From the NCBI GenBank assembly GCA_017654855.1, contig CM030332.1:620001-684000 (forward strand): 64,000 nt of DNA, given 5' to 3'. The notes under the pieces were generated by a model. The model saw only the letters and a list, made by a program, of their open reading frames with translations, was not told the DNA's origin and ran no database searches. This document shows positions 47,885 to 60,919 of this stretch, piece by piece (within the stretch, counting starts at the first letter, position 1; each line of letters begins with the position of its first letter). The translations under genes and the position numbers were made by a program. This DNA comes from Podospora anserina. Lineage: Eukaryota.

Positions 47885-49157
47885 TCAAACCCTACCACAC
47901 AGGTACAAGATGTTCTGGCTGATGGCCTCTGTTAGCTCCCCTTGGCCTGTATATACATGTGCCACCGTTCGACCCCAGACTTCGGGGTGAGGCAGCGGGA
48001 GATCGACGATGTCGCGCGGCTGGATGTGCTTTGAATACAGAAGCGCGGCCAAGACGGGAAAGAACGCACAGGCATATGGCTTGTCTGTGGGCAAGATGGT
48101 GTTAGGCACCCGTCGTCTGAAGTCTTTCTATAGATAGGGGCGTAAACTCACGGATGGGAACGGTGTTTCCACTTCGAATTTGTAATATATTTTCACGCCC
48201 TGGGCTTGCCTCTCCTGTCGAGATAACAGATGATCGACGACGGCCAGTCGGAAACAAGTTCCGGCCCCTTGCGTCGGCCGATATTCTTCTAGGCCCCTCC
48301 AGCACGGGACTTGGTTCCGGGACGGTAGCCCTGAGCATATCCATGTCAAACGTCCGTGTCAACAGGAAAGGTTTTCGGTCCAGTGCGCATGGTCTAACTC
48401 GAACACGAACTGTGAGCTGGTTGGGTGGTTCCGGTGTGACTGGCGTTGTTTCGTCCTTCATTACTGTATCTTCGTCGTCTGCCGATGAATTGCCGCTGGA
48501 TCTCCTGAGGGGAACAGCCGAAACGAAGCATTGTGCCTCTGATCCGTTGCCCAGAAAGACATGGCCCCAAGCTTGGAGCTCCTGCCGCAGCTGGTGACTG
48601 TTCCTTCGTGGAGCCGGTGTAACAAATGATGACGGCAAAGACTGACGACGGTCATCAAAGCTGCTGCTGGTGATTCGCGGCAATCCATCGGGATGCCTTG
48701 AGCCTTGATCTCCTATTCCTGACAGCAGTATTGATCGCGTCTCGGAGGCGAGGGTTGGCCTTCTGGGGTAATGGTGAAAAGAAGGTGACTGCGGGGAAGG
48801 AGCTGGCACTCGGGGCAAAGGCAAGCTTGCCATGGACGCTTGTCGAGAGTTTAGCCCGTGCTCGACTATAGGCGACAGAGAGCGGGCGGTGCCAGGGGAG
48901 CACTGAGGCTCGAGGTGCCTTCCTCGGTGATCTAGGCTATCTATCATGGCTCGCTCGTGTAGCCTCATCGCTGTATCATTGCCAGAAGCTGGTAGCATGG
49001 CGCTGGGAGGGGGGTCTGATCTCAAGGCGGCAGTAGAGAAAAGGGCACCGGTACGGGTCGTGAATGTTGGGCCTTTGCAGTACTCCTGGTGTTCACGGTG
49101 GTCGACATAGACAGGAGACAAATCTGGGCGCGAGCGAGGTCGCGTCTGGGTCTCCAT
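47885..49157 (-). CDS. Conserved-looking hypothetical protein; exons 49157-48152 and 48084-47885
   Basis: Intron 48151-48085 (GTGAGT...CTAAC...CAG) joins the 351-aa ORF to the C-terminal exon in frame, giving ...VPIHKPYACAFFPVLAALLYS...LPLPHPEVW...VYTGQGEL...NILYLCGRV*. The N-terminus is disordered and the C-terminal domain looks ordered. Confidence 0.8.
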
Positions 49158-50188
49158 GATGGCGGGTTTGGTGTTGCAGAGAGTTCAAGAACGATGCAGA
49201 TGTTGCTATGACACCCCAGGTAGAGAGATCCAGCGTTCTCTTGGCTGGTGTCGTACTAGATACACGGGCGGGCGGACTTTGCAAGGTCGATTCATGGTGA
49301 TCGGAGACAGTCCCGGCCATGCTGCTTTTATTCATCTTCCCTTTCTTCCAGGCTGAAAGGTTCCCTGGGCTCAAAGCCATACTAGATGAGTACACGGTGG
49401 TTGAGTCAGACGCAGCGATGCGAGACAAAGCTCCGCAAGATGCCTGGGCTGAGTGTCGCGAACAAAGGCGGTGGCGGCAGGAGGTCTCTCTCCTGACGCA
49501 GGACAAGCAGATCGAACTAGTAGTTATGAGATGCCACGGGTAGCTATCTAGGCCTTGTCGGCGATAGGTCGAATATGCTTTGTGGGCCTGGTCGCCTAGT
49601 GCCCGCCATTAACCAGTGCGACGGGTCCATGAACAAAGGAGGGTACTCTTCGGAGCACGCCACCGACACATCATCTTCGCGACTTTCGTTCTCTGCCAAG
49701 GTCGAGCCCATGGCCTTGAGATCTTTGACGGATCATGCCGCACATCACTGTTGGCAGCGTCTCATATTGTGGTAAATATCCTGGAATAAGAGCGTAAGAT
49801 GGATAATAGAGTCAGAATCGAGGTGGTGATGGTAGAAGGCATACATATATTGGAGGCGAAAGTTGGACTGGGAATGTCAGATGTCTTCAAGTTCATATTC
49901 GACCAATCAGATGTGAGAGCTGAAGGCGTCTCAGAATGGGACAGGGACCCTTGCAGGGTCTTGGCAGGCTGGGGAGAGCTCTGAAGCTCGCCATTGGCTG
50001 CCCTAAACACAGGTGGCACCTTGACGGCTGGAAGCCGCAAGCTGGCATTTGGCGTCCATGAATTCTGGATTATCACTTCTCATCCCATCCCATATACTTC
50101 TCTGCTGTCCTGTCATGTTGTCTGAAACATAGCGAAACAATTTTGTCTTTTTACTTTCCCCTCTTCCGCACCATATTGCCTGCCCGCC

Positions 50189-51755
50189 ATGTCCGAACCC
50201 GACACCGGCGCAAACGCCGCGAGAACAGCTCACAGCTACAAGCAGCTGAAGGAGGATTTCGTGTCCAACTTGTCAGGCGGTTCAGTGATAGAGGTAGCTC
50301 AAGTTTGCGCCGTAGCACCAGTATGAGGGACCGTCCGATGTGATACCTCAACTACCACTGACACAACAAAACTTCCAGGTAGTAACCCTCCTCTGGTCCG
50401 TCCTCCAATCCCGCCAATCCTTCTTCAAACCCTATACCCCCCTCGGCTTCGTAATCGACTACCTCCTCAACGTCGGCGCCCTCCTCCTCTCAGTAACCCT
50501 CTACTCGAGCTCCCCAATCCTCCTCAACATCCTCCTCCTCACCGCCGCAGCCTTTGTCTACGCCGTTCCACCATCCTCCTCCTCCAAAAAGAAGCCAGCC
50601 AGACCCAGCAATGCGAAATCCTCCACCACCACCAACCCCCAAGGGCTTTCGGTGCTCTCCACAAAGCCCTTCCTGACAAACTACCGCGGCAACATGCTAG
50701 TAGTGACCTGCATCTGCATCCTCGCCGTCGACTTCCGCCTCTTCCCCCGCCGCTTCGCCAAGGTCGAGACCTGGGGGACTTCCCTCATGGACATGGGCGT
50801 CGGGTCGTTTGTCTACTCTGCCGGCATTGTCGCCTCTCGGCCTCTGCTAAAAGAACGAGCAGAGGGCAAGACCACCCCCCTCGGCACAAGATTGATCAGG
50901 TCATTCCGTCACTCTTTGCCCCTTCTCGCCTTGGGAGTGGTCAGATTACTCAGTGTCAAAGGGCTGGACTACGCGGAGCACGTGACCGAGTATGGAGTTC
51001 ACTGGAACTTTTTCTTCACTCTGGGTTTCCTGCCGCCGTTTGTGGCGCTTTTCCAGTCTGCGCTGGCGGTGGTGCCTTCGTATGCGGGGTTGGCGGTGTT
51101 GTTGAGTGTAGGGTATCAAACCGTTTTGGAGACGACGGGGCTCAAAGGATGGATTTTGGTTGGGGTGAGGGACAGTTTGCTGTCTATGAACAGGGAGGGG
51201 ATTTGCAGTTTTTGGGGGTATCTAGCTATCTTCTTGGCCGGGCAGGACATGGGGATGGTGGTGCTGCCTAGGAGCTTGGGCTCTTCTTCAAAAGCTTCTG
51301 GAAAAGTGCTGCTGACGAAGATGGGGAGCTGGGCGGCGGTTTGGATGGGGATGTACTTTTTGGCGACGGACTACAAGTACGGGGCTAGTTTGAGCGTGTC
51401 GAGGAGGTTGGCAAACTTGCCTTACATGCTGTGGGTTGTGGCGTTCAACCAGGGGCTGCTGTTTGCTTTTGCGGTGGTGGACGTGGTGTTTTTTCCGCAG
51501 TTTTACAGCGCGGGGGATGCGAGGGCGGAGAAGGAGGCGTATGAGACGGCCACGAGCAGGGTGCTGAAGGCGTACAACAGGAATGGGCTGGCGGTGTTTT
51601 TGCTGGGGAACTTGCTTACGGGGTTGGTGAATATGACGGTGCCGACGCTTCATGCGGGCGGGCTGGCGACCATGGGGATTTTGGTGGCGTATATGGGGGC
51701 TGTGACGGGGGTGGCGGTGGGGTTGGATGCGTGGGATGTTACGATCAAGTTGTAA
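50189..51755 (+). CDS. GWT1: GPI inositol acyltransferase Gwt1/PIG-W; exons 50189-50320 and 50379-51755
   Basis: Exon 1 [16 protein letters not shown]; intron 50321-50378 (GTATGA...CTGAC...CAG). Motifs [52 protein letters not shown] and [19 protein letters not shown]. Confidence 0.96.
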
Positions 51756-54700
51756 GACATAGTAGAGGAGGGGAGAATTGTGTATCATATCAGCATGGGA
51801 TCTAAAAGTTGGAAATCTGAGAAGTCTTTTTTTGGCATGCTGTAGCTGTTTTACCTGATATCACTTTGAGTAGCGCGATGTTGTTCATCTCTCTTTATTA
51901 TCAGGGCCATCTATGTGAGGGCAACAGAAGATATCGTGGTTCTTGGGTCTCCAAACGGTACTCCCGAGACTTTCGGCCCGTCCGGACAGCCCCGAGAAAG
52001 GTTCCGAGTTTGCGGATCCGGGGGTTCCATCGTTCTCTACACGAAGTCTATACAGTGGGTTGATCCAAGGTGGTGAGACAGTCCACCACCATCGGAAGAT
52101 TTGGTGATAGGGCCCAAAAGTGTTGGGCAGGAAATGTAATGTTGACTGCTCACAACTCACGGGTGTGTTTTGCTGCTCCTTGCCAACAAAACAACATCTA
52201 CTTTTTTTGTGTGAGAAAAAAAAATCCCGAATATTCTGTTTGTCAGTTCATCACAACCTTTGCCAGCCGTCCGTCCCGTCCCGTCTTGTTTAGGTTGGTC
52301 GGCGGGACGGTTGGATGAACTGGTGATACTTGTGGAATTTCACATGAAACTTTGGTCGAGTTGTACCGCATACACATGTAGACAAATTGAAGATAAGATA
52401 GGTACCTTATAGGTATTTGCGAATTGGATCATTGTTTTGGGGCGGGCAAGTTGATATCGGAGTATAATAATTCAGTCAGCCTGGTGTTCAGGACTGCGAT
52501 CCTGAACCAGTCATAGGGCTGCGGTTCTGGAATTGGTTGAAACGTCTGTCATCATTACAAGATTGAAGAGATTTTTTCTTCTTTTTTTTTTGGAGCATTA
52601 TCTTTTTTGGAAGGGTTGGCGGTCAGCCGCATTTCCGAAACCGAGGTTGGATGGGTTGTTGGTTGATATTGACGTGTACTTTTATATTTATGTGTGGGTG
52701 TTGTGTGTGTTGTATCTGCCCGGCAAGGCTGGAACAGGTCATCACCAAGAGGGAACTTTCCAACAGAGAAACTCGGCTCATCTCCGGAGTCAATGCCTTG
52801 TCTTCCTTCTCCAAAGTTTGGATGTTGACGTTGGACTCTGTGTTATGGTAGCGACTATGGATTGGGAGAAATACGCCCATCAGCACGGGGGGCTCGGGTG
52901 TCCTTGGTGCGACCTTTGGTTGCTGGACGTGTTTCAAGCAGAGTCAGTCGCAAGAGGCTGAAAGAGGGAATTACCTAGAATGCGACCGGAATGTTTATGC
53001 CCCGCGGCGGCATCGTGGGGTTAAGAAGCGCGGGTGCGTGGCGATCGGTTCACATCGCGATCTGTTATTTTATGCTGCTGGTAGAGTTTATGCCCCTCGT
53101 CTGAAGGCGCGATTCTTCAAGACGCGCCGGCGAATGGTGATGGCGCCACGCCACAGGAACGAACCAAACGACAAACGGACTTGGGAAGATCCAACCATAT
53201 ACGACCATCCAATCTTATGCATGAAGATGTCTGATACCTGTTGATATCACTGGTCATGACTGACTACGAAGCTACACCAAAGGGCTCGCTGAGAGATAGG
53301 TGACGAAGGGCGATGGCAGACGTGCATTGCAAACGCAGACCCTTGATCCCTGCGGGTGCTTGGCTCCAGGTACGGAGTTGCTAGGCTGTTTTGGGGTCAG
53401 GTACCACACAGTGCTTGAAGACGCACCCTTGGCATCACCACCATGATCTGCGAAACAACCTTGCTTGCCCTGACAGGATCCGAGCAAAGATTGGACTTCT
53501 ATCATGGATACCTAGCCATCAAGACATCAGACGGTGAGTCGGCAAATGCCAACCTCGACTTCCGAAGACCCAAGTCATCGTACGTCAAGAAGATGAACCA
53601 TCATCCACGTCCAGTTGTATATCAAGCCGGAGGGAATGGTGGAATGGTGGTCCCGGCTAGAGAGACGAAGAAAAGCGCAAGAGGTCCCCGGCCGGCTAAA
53701 AACTGGCCGGCGAGATGCTGTCGCAGGCTAGTTTTTGAGCCGGTATTCGGCGAGCTGATCTCAGCAGGCCAAGGTCAAGGTCGTGGTCAAGGCAGGGCAG
53801 ATAATGCCTCTCTTGTATAAAGTGCTGTGTAAGTGAAGAGGCTGTACCATAGCTCCACGAAAAAGCAATGTGATCTCGAGAGAAGCAACGAGAGGCGCTT
53901 CTGGACGTAGAAACAAGCGCGAGGTGGTCATCCCATAGGGCTTTGTGACTTTGATCTGAGACAAGACAAGACGAAACCCCCAAGGGCCGACGGCATTCAT
54001 TCCTTTCCATTGTCGTCGGTGTCAGGGAATTAAAGGGTTGTGCTTCTGGATCATGCTTGGGATTGAAAATGATACGCATTAGGCCAGCGTGGGTTGGTGC
54101 ACATGAGATGTATCCACCTTTCAACTGGCCGTCACCCTCTCACCCTGGCGCTAAAACGCTCGTCTTGTCCAACTGGAGCCGTGATATTCCCACTGTATCC
54201 AATCCCAATCAAGCCAAGGAGAGGGCACATGTTGCCCGAGTGGGAGAAAGCTGGGCACCAGCAACACCACCAAGCACCACCGCAGCCGCGGGAGAAAGTG
54301 AACCTCCATCTTGGAATCTCCCACCGCCTCGAGATTCCCTCTTCGCGTCCCGCGCAAAGCCTTCGTTCATCACCCCTCCTCTCCTCCATCCTCCCTCCTC
54401 CCTCCATCCATCCCAACTCCTCTCCTCCCTCCCGTCCCGGACAGGGAGCTCACGGAAAAGGTCCCGAGTCAATTTCGGCGTGCCCCGAGTCTGCCCCCTT
54501 GGCCCGTTGTTGTGAGGGTGCATTGTTCTTTTTTGCGGCGCAAGTAAACAAGCTGCCCAGGACCAGGCCTGTCCCCGTGCTTTTTTGCTTCCCAGAAGTC
54601 GCGTCACCGCCAACCACAACCACCACCACCACCACCACTACACACACACACCTCCTGCTGCACGTTGACGCAGCGCAGCATTCATCCAGAGCGATCAACA

Positions 54701-55124
54701 CTCAAACGGCAGGGTCCTCGATAACAATTCTCACTGGCATCGTGATCATCGCGACTTTTTTTGGTCATTGACCACCAACAACTCCATCGTCTCAACATTG
54801 AAAGCAGGACGCAAACAGGCTGTTGCGACCCCACGGTGCATTGTTGCCAAAGCAAAAAGCCAAAGGGACCGACGTTTTGAAACTGCTGTCTGTCTATCTA
54901 TCGGAGTACCTACTCCCTCCCACCCCCCCATCGCTCCCCCATTACCCTATTCCGCATCTCCATCCCCCTGGGTCCGCCAGACTGCGGCTTCCTGCCTCCC
55001 ACCCGCTCCAGTGCAGCTGAGCTCGTCCCGCCTCATTTCGGCTTATTACGCAGTCCAAACCAAAACATTGGGATTGCTGCTGCACCTCGCACCTGCTTTG
55101 TCTGCGCATTGGCGGAGGAGAAAA

Positions 55125-58100
55125 ATGTCTGGTGCGTTCCAGGCACCGCCGCACCATCCGACGTCAGTTTCTGCCCTGCAGACGCCGCCCCTGAATACTG
55201 CATCGCCTCTCAATCGCCAGTACTCGCCTGGCCATCCATCGCCAACACAGGAGTACTATGCCAATCACAGCCAGCAGCCCTCCAGAGCATCGCCCGCTGA
55301 TTCCTCGTCGCGACACCCTTCGCGGAGACCCAGTGCCACCAACAACGACCATCTTGCCGACCGCAATTCCCCGATGAGCTCTCGCGTCGCCGGCGCCTCG
55401 CCCGCTCCAGTGCCCGTGTCTGCGGCAGCATCTACGGCTTCTCCCGACTTCTCGGCTTCTAATCAAAGGCGAACCATGCCTGCCGCCGCTGTCCCTCCCC
55501 GGACATCCAGCTCCCGACGCGCTCCAACCTCGGAAAGATCCACTGACTCGTCGTCTCGCCGGACACACGGTGACTCGAGCCGCGAAACCAATGGCAGGAT
55601 GGATTCAGCCGACGAGGCTGCCATGCAGAACTCACGCAACCACCGCCGGGCGAGCAGCCAGGCAAACAGCACCTACGACCCCCGCACAAACCCATCGGCA
55701 CCTGCAGCTGTTCGCTCACCACCTGTTACCACAAACTCGACCAAGGCCCCGTCGAGAGAGGCCAGCGATATCCTGAATAGCATACTTATCTCGCAGCCGG
55801 AGGTGGACATTGAACGAGAAAAGGAGCGGTTGGCACAAGCTCAGCCGCACCAACCCGCGGCCATGCTTGACGACGATGCAGCACCTCCTCCCATCGTGAA
55901 TGCGGGACACAATGGCGAAGAGGCTCGGAGAGGTGGAAGGAGTCGTCACGACCACTCGAAAAGAGAAAAGCACACCAAGTTTGGCGAATACATTCTCGGT
56001 AATACAATTGGCGAGGGAGAGTTTGGAAAGGTCAAGCTCGGGTGGAAGCAGGAGGGTGGTGTTCAAGTGAGTGCAATTGTCGTACGGGTTATCCGTGGTT
56101 TGTCGTGCTGATCATGTTTCCTGCTGCAGGTGGCCATCAAGCTGATCAAGAAAGATCAGCTGGGAAGCAATCCTTCTCGTATGGCCAAGATCATGCGCGA
56201 AGTGGCCATTTTGAAGCAATTAACTCATCCAAACATTGTCAGGTTGCACAAAATGGAAGAGTCGGAGCGACATTACGGCATTGTGCTCGAGTACGCATCC
56301 GGCGGAGAGTTGTTCGACTACATTCTGAACCACCGCTATCTCAAGGACAATGCTGCCCGTAGATTGTTTGCACAGCTTGTGTCCGGTGTGGGTTATCTGC
56401 ACAAGAAGGGCATCGTACATCGCGATTTGAAGCTGGAGAATCTTCTGCTGGATCGCAACCGGAACATCATCATTACCGACTTTGGCTTCGCCAACACGTT
56501 TGATCCTGCCGAGGAACTCAGCGAAGAAGAGGAGCTCAACTTGACGGACCGCGAGTTTGTCAAGCGGATGGGTCTTGACAGAGTCAAGCCCAGCGGATCC
56601 AGGAAAGGCGATCTGATGCAGACTAGTTGTGGCAGTCCATGCTACGCAGCCCCAGAGTTGGTTGTCAGCGACTCGCTATACACAGGCAGAAAGGTGGACG
56701 TCTGGAGCTGTGGTGTTATACTGGTAAGCAACCGAGCAAAAGTCATCAGTTGGACCGCTTGCTAACTGGTATCCAAAACTAGTACGCCATGCTCGCTGGG
56801 TATCTGCCGTTCGACGACGACCCGGCGAACCCGGAGGGTGATAACATTAACCTTCTGTACAAGTACATTGTCAACACCCCGCTCACGTTTCCCGAATACG
56901 TCACACCTCATGCCCGAGACTTGCTGCGACGAATCCTAGTGCCCAACCCCCGCAAGCGCGCCGATTTGTTCGAAGTCGCCCGTCATAGTTGGCTCAGCGA
57001 GTATGCACATGTCGTCGAATTCATCACATCCAGCACCACCACCCCTGGCGAGATTCAAAACACTACAGTTCCGTCCGAAGACGATGCGCCAGGCCTGGCA
57101 CGCAGCGCCTCTGTTCGCGAGGCATCAAAGAAGACGACGGTTCCTCCTGCATTGGGTGGATTGGCGACAAAGCAGGGCACCATTGATACCGAAGCCGAGG
57201 CGGCGGCGTACGCCAAGCAGCAACGCGATAACAAGCGCCGGACAGTCCAGGTGGAATATGTTGCCCCGAACACTCAGACGCAACGAGGAGAGGCTGCAAG
57301 TACGCAGTCTTCTGGTGGCCGCACACGCGCTCGCTCTGGCAGCCAGGGTGCCGTAGAGGTGGTGGACCAGAATCCTGGTTCGTCCTCTTCACCGAACGAC
57401 AAACAAAATTCGAGAGACCCGGCGGGAACCAAAGATGCTTATGGAAAGCCGCCGGTGTCTTCGCGGAGACCCCCAAGCGCCCACCGCAACGTCAACTCGG
57501 GTGCTACTGCTGTACAGCGCGTCGGCGGTCGCGATGCCCGTGCTACCTCGGAGACTGCCTTTTTCGGTTCCGCGGCCCCAACAACGAACGCGAGACCCAA
57601 CACTGGAGGTTCCATGCAGTCCCTGGGCTCCCGAGCTGCAGGCAACCGTTCCTCGTATGGCCAGCCAGCACCGCCTGAGCTTGCCGATACAAATGCGCAT
57701 GGGAAAATTCAGCAACCACCTAGCCGGGGCAAGAATTCATACGGCATGCCATCGACGGGAGACGCTCAAAATATGGAGTACGGGCGGCCCAGCATCAGCG
57801 CCATTCCTCCCAAATTCGCCCGTGTCTCGGGGTTCGAGGGTTCACCTTCTGGCTCGGGTACGAACCTCACCAACACCAGCCAGGAAGGAAAGGGACACAA
57901 GAGATCTAGCACGATGGGTGAGATTAGTGGCAAACTCTTTGGCCGCAGCGGCTCGCTGTTTGGAGGTAGGAATCGCAAGCGGCAGCAGGAGCAGCAGGAA
58001 AAGAACAAGAGATACCCGCCCGTCAGCATGAACAATGCGCTCGCAGGTGCCGAGGAACCTAGGGTGTCTATGGACTCGAAGCGATCTCGCCGGTCGTACT

Positions 58101-58427
58101 CTATTGGCCTTGGTAACAAGAGATCCGGCAGCATATCCGGATCCCAAGGCTCGCAGCAGGAGAAGCAGAACAGGCGGTTTTCATTTATGCCTGGCGGTTT
58201 CTCTTTCAAATCGATGGGCATTTCAAAAGATGAGCCTTCGCCTGCTTTGGACTCACAGCAAGACCTGCCGATTCAAGAGCCTCCCACGGTTGATCAGTAT
58301 GGTCGATACGTCGAGCAAGATGTGGAACGGGAGCATGTGGATGCCTCTACCCTTGATGGAATGTATGCTCAGCTTCAGGGACCACCAAGATCTAACGATC
58401 AGTACGGCCAGCAGCAACCAAGGCCGC

Positions 58428-58467
<40 letters not shown>

Positions 58468-58849
58468 GCAGCAGCAGCAGCAGCGACAGGAATATTCGTC
58501 AAATCAATACGACGGGCGTCGCCCTTCTAATGTCGAGGGGTACCAGAGCCAGACGTTGATGAATAGCAGCTCGGACCACTCAATCGACAACAATATGCGA
58601 AGGCCTGCTGGATCGGCACCACAGTTGCCACACCTTTCGCCACAAGACACGGCACAAGACGGACGCAGAGTTGCTAGCGGCGGGCGGCCCGGCCGTGGTG
58701 TGTTGCAGAAGAACAAGCGGTTTGTTGACGCGTGGGATTCGGATGGAAACACTCGGGGACATGACCACTCTGGAAGTAGTGGGCCTGCACGAAAAGTTAT
58801 GGACTTTTTCCGGAGGAGGGGCAAAGCCAGAGCCGGAGAGCTGAACTAG
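55125..58849 (+). CDS. KIN4: Kin4/Ppk1/KfsA-type CAMK-group Ser/Thr protein kinase; exons 55125-56066, 56130-56723, 56783-58849
   Basis: Kinase motifs [23 protein letters not shown] and [12 protein letters not shown], with a long activation-segment insert. Also [15 protein letters not shown] and C-terminal [15 protein letters not shown]. Introns 56067-56129 and 56724-56782 are GT-AG with branch sites. Confidence 0.92.
58427..58483 (+). repeat. (CAA)13(CAG)6 coding repeat, polyQ19, in the kinase C-terminal region
   Basis: Counted directly from the sequence. Confidence 0.92.
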
Positions 58850-59713
58850 GGGGCTGGCAGGATGGAGGCTAGTTGCCCATGTACGGATGGAAGGATGTGC
58901 GAATCGTGTCAGTTCAAACTCGGCTGGGAGTAGTCGGGGAGTTGTGTATGTTGTCGTTGTCGAGAGTTGAGCTCAAGGGCAGGAATCTTGAGAATTTTCT
59001 GTATCATGAAACCTTTTCCACCCCTCTCTCTCTGCGATTTCGACGAGACTTTGCATGGCATGGAATTTTGTGTTTTTTCATTATTCTCTTGGGCGCTTGG
59101 GGGTTTCCGGAACGCAAAGGGAACACAGGGCAGGTGGTTTTATGCTTGAATGGCGAATAAAGGTTGTTTTTGCTACGCTGTCAGCTTTTTTATTTTAATC
59201 TCGCTGTTTATTTTCTTTAAGATCGGGGATGATGTTTTCGCTTCTTTTTATGTTGTGTTGTCTTTACCACTTTTAAAGATGCTTTCTTGTTCTTTTCTTG
59301 CGCCTTTTCTTTTTTGTCACTGAACATTTTCCCCCCCTCTGCCCTCAAGCGCGTTTATAGCTTTTGATCATACTAGTTACCCATCTCGAGGGGTCGAAGG
59401 GGCATAAGCATGTACACGGAGGGAGAGGGAGAGAGATCGAACACACACAAACAAGAGGGAGGATTCAAAACAGGGCACTTATACCTATATCACCACACGA
59501 CAACTTTACTACAAAAGGAGAAAAGCGCGCGAAGAAAGAAGGAGAAATCATTATATGTCCTTGTAATAACATCAACAACACCAACAATCAGAAAGATGAG
59601 AAAGAGGAGAAGAAGAAACAAAAAGAAGCGTTGCATTGCTTTTTTTTTGGGCGTGTTTCATTGCGTGTCTGCGTTGCTCGCTTGCTGTTGTAGTCCTTGA
59701 CGGACAACTTTCT

Positions 59714-59746
59714 TGTGTGTGTGTGTGTGTGTGTGTATGTGTGTGT
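59714..59746. repeat. Imperfect (TG)n microsatellite
   Basis: Read directly, between the convergent kinase and wc-2 genes. Confidence 0.85.
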
Positions 59747-60919
59747 ATCTAAAGTAGCGTATGTTATAGGGCTTGCTGGTATCGTGGGTTGTCCTCAGGG
59801 GCTAGCTCTTATTGGAGCGAGACTATTTTCTCTTGTTGATATTTGGGGCAATATGTGTTGTAATTGGTTTCTTGGGAGGTTGAGAAGGGGGAAGGGGAAA
59901 TAGTAGCTAGGAAACCTGTATACGTAGTAGATCTTATTCTCGGGGATTTCCTTGTAATGTAATTTTAACTGAACATGCTACCTACGACACGCTGAATTCC
60001 ATCGACACCAACTCAGATCTCATCCGATATTCAACTGCAACCACACAAGGTCATTCTAGCAAGGAAGAACCTTGCAAAATTTTCCTCCTCGTGTCCATGT
60101 TCCAGACACCTTCCCTGCAAAGACTGTGAGACGCCAGAGTATGCAAAGGAAGAAGAAAACCAGCCGAGTTCCTGCTTCTTGTCTTACACTGGCTACACCA
60201 TGCCTTGCACACAGCCAATTTTATTGCCAGCAAGCAGCCCATGGCCAAAAGGGGATCACTCCTTTCGCCCTACCCCTTGTTGAGGGTAGGTAGGTCAGTA
60301 TCTCCCAGAATTCATAATCATAAAATCGCAACAGACACCACATAACGACTTGCTAAGCAACCACCATCGACCCCCATTTAATTTATATATATATATATCA
60401 CCCAGATAATGATGCCTCCCAACCTCCCCACAACAAGACAGACAGACGGCTTCCAACTACAACAACAGCAACAAACAAATCCCCCCCGTAATATACCATG
60501 AATGAATAACCCCTTACCCCTCCCTCCCTCCCTTCCTTCCCTCCTTTCCATACCCGGAATACTATCGAGTGTGTGTGTGTACTGAATCACACGCCTCCCC
60601 TTCCCACAACCCCCGCCCCTCCATGATATATTTCCTACCGCCCAGAGAAAAGAAACCCCTCTATTTATGAAAGGAAAAGAAAAACCCACTCCACCCAACT
60701 AACCCCTCCATCCATTCATCCCTCCCCATAAAAGAGGGAAAATGACACTGCTAAAGTGATGAGAGAAAAGAAAGGAAAAGAAAGACCCTACATGCATCCT
60801 GCCTTGCTTTTTCATTTTTTCTCACCCACCAAACTGAAGCGAAGGGAGGGAGGGGAGAAGGGTTGCACAAAACACCATAACCGATTGCGACGAGTTCGCA
60901 GGTAGATGTTTGTGTGTGT

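Noticed and set aside
1-51755. GH76, GT2 and GWT1 as a cell-wall/GPI gene cluster
   Set aside because: They are 15-33 kb apart and interleaved with unrelated housekeeping genes, so co-location is plausibly chance.
53199-53215. ATACGACCAT resembling the 5' end of a dispersed 5S rRNA
   Set aside because: The similarity stops after about 10 nt, with no internal 5S boxes or 3' end.
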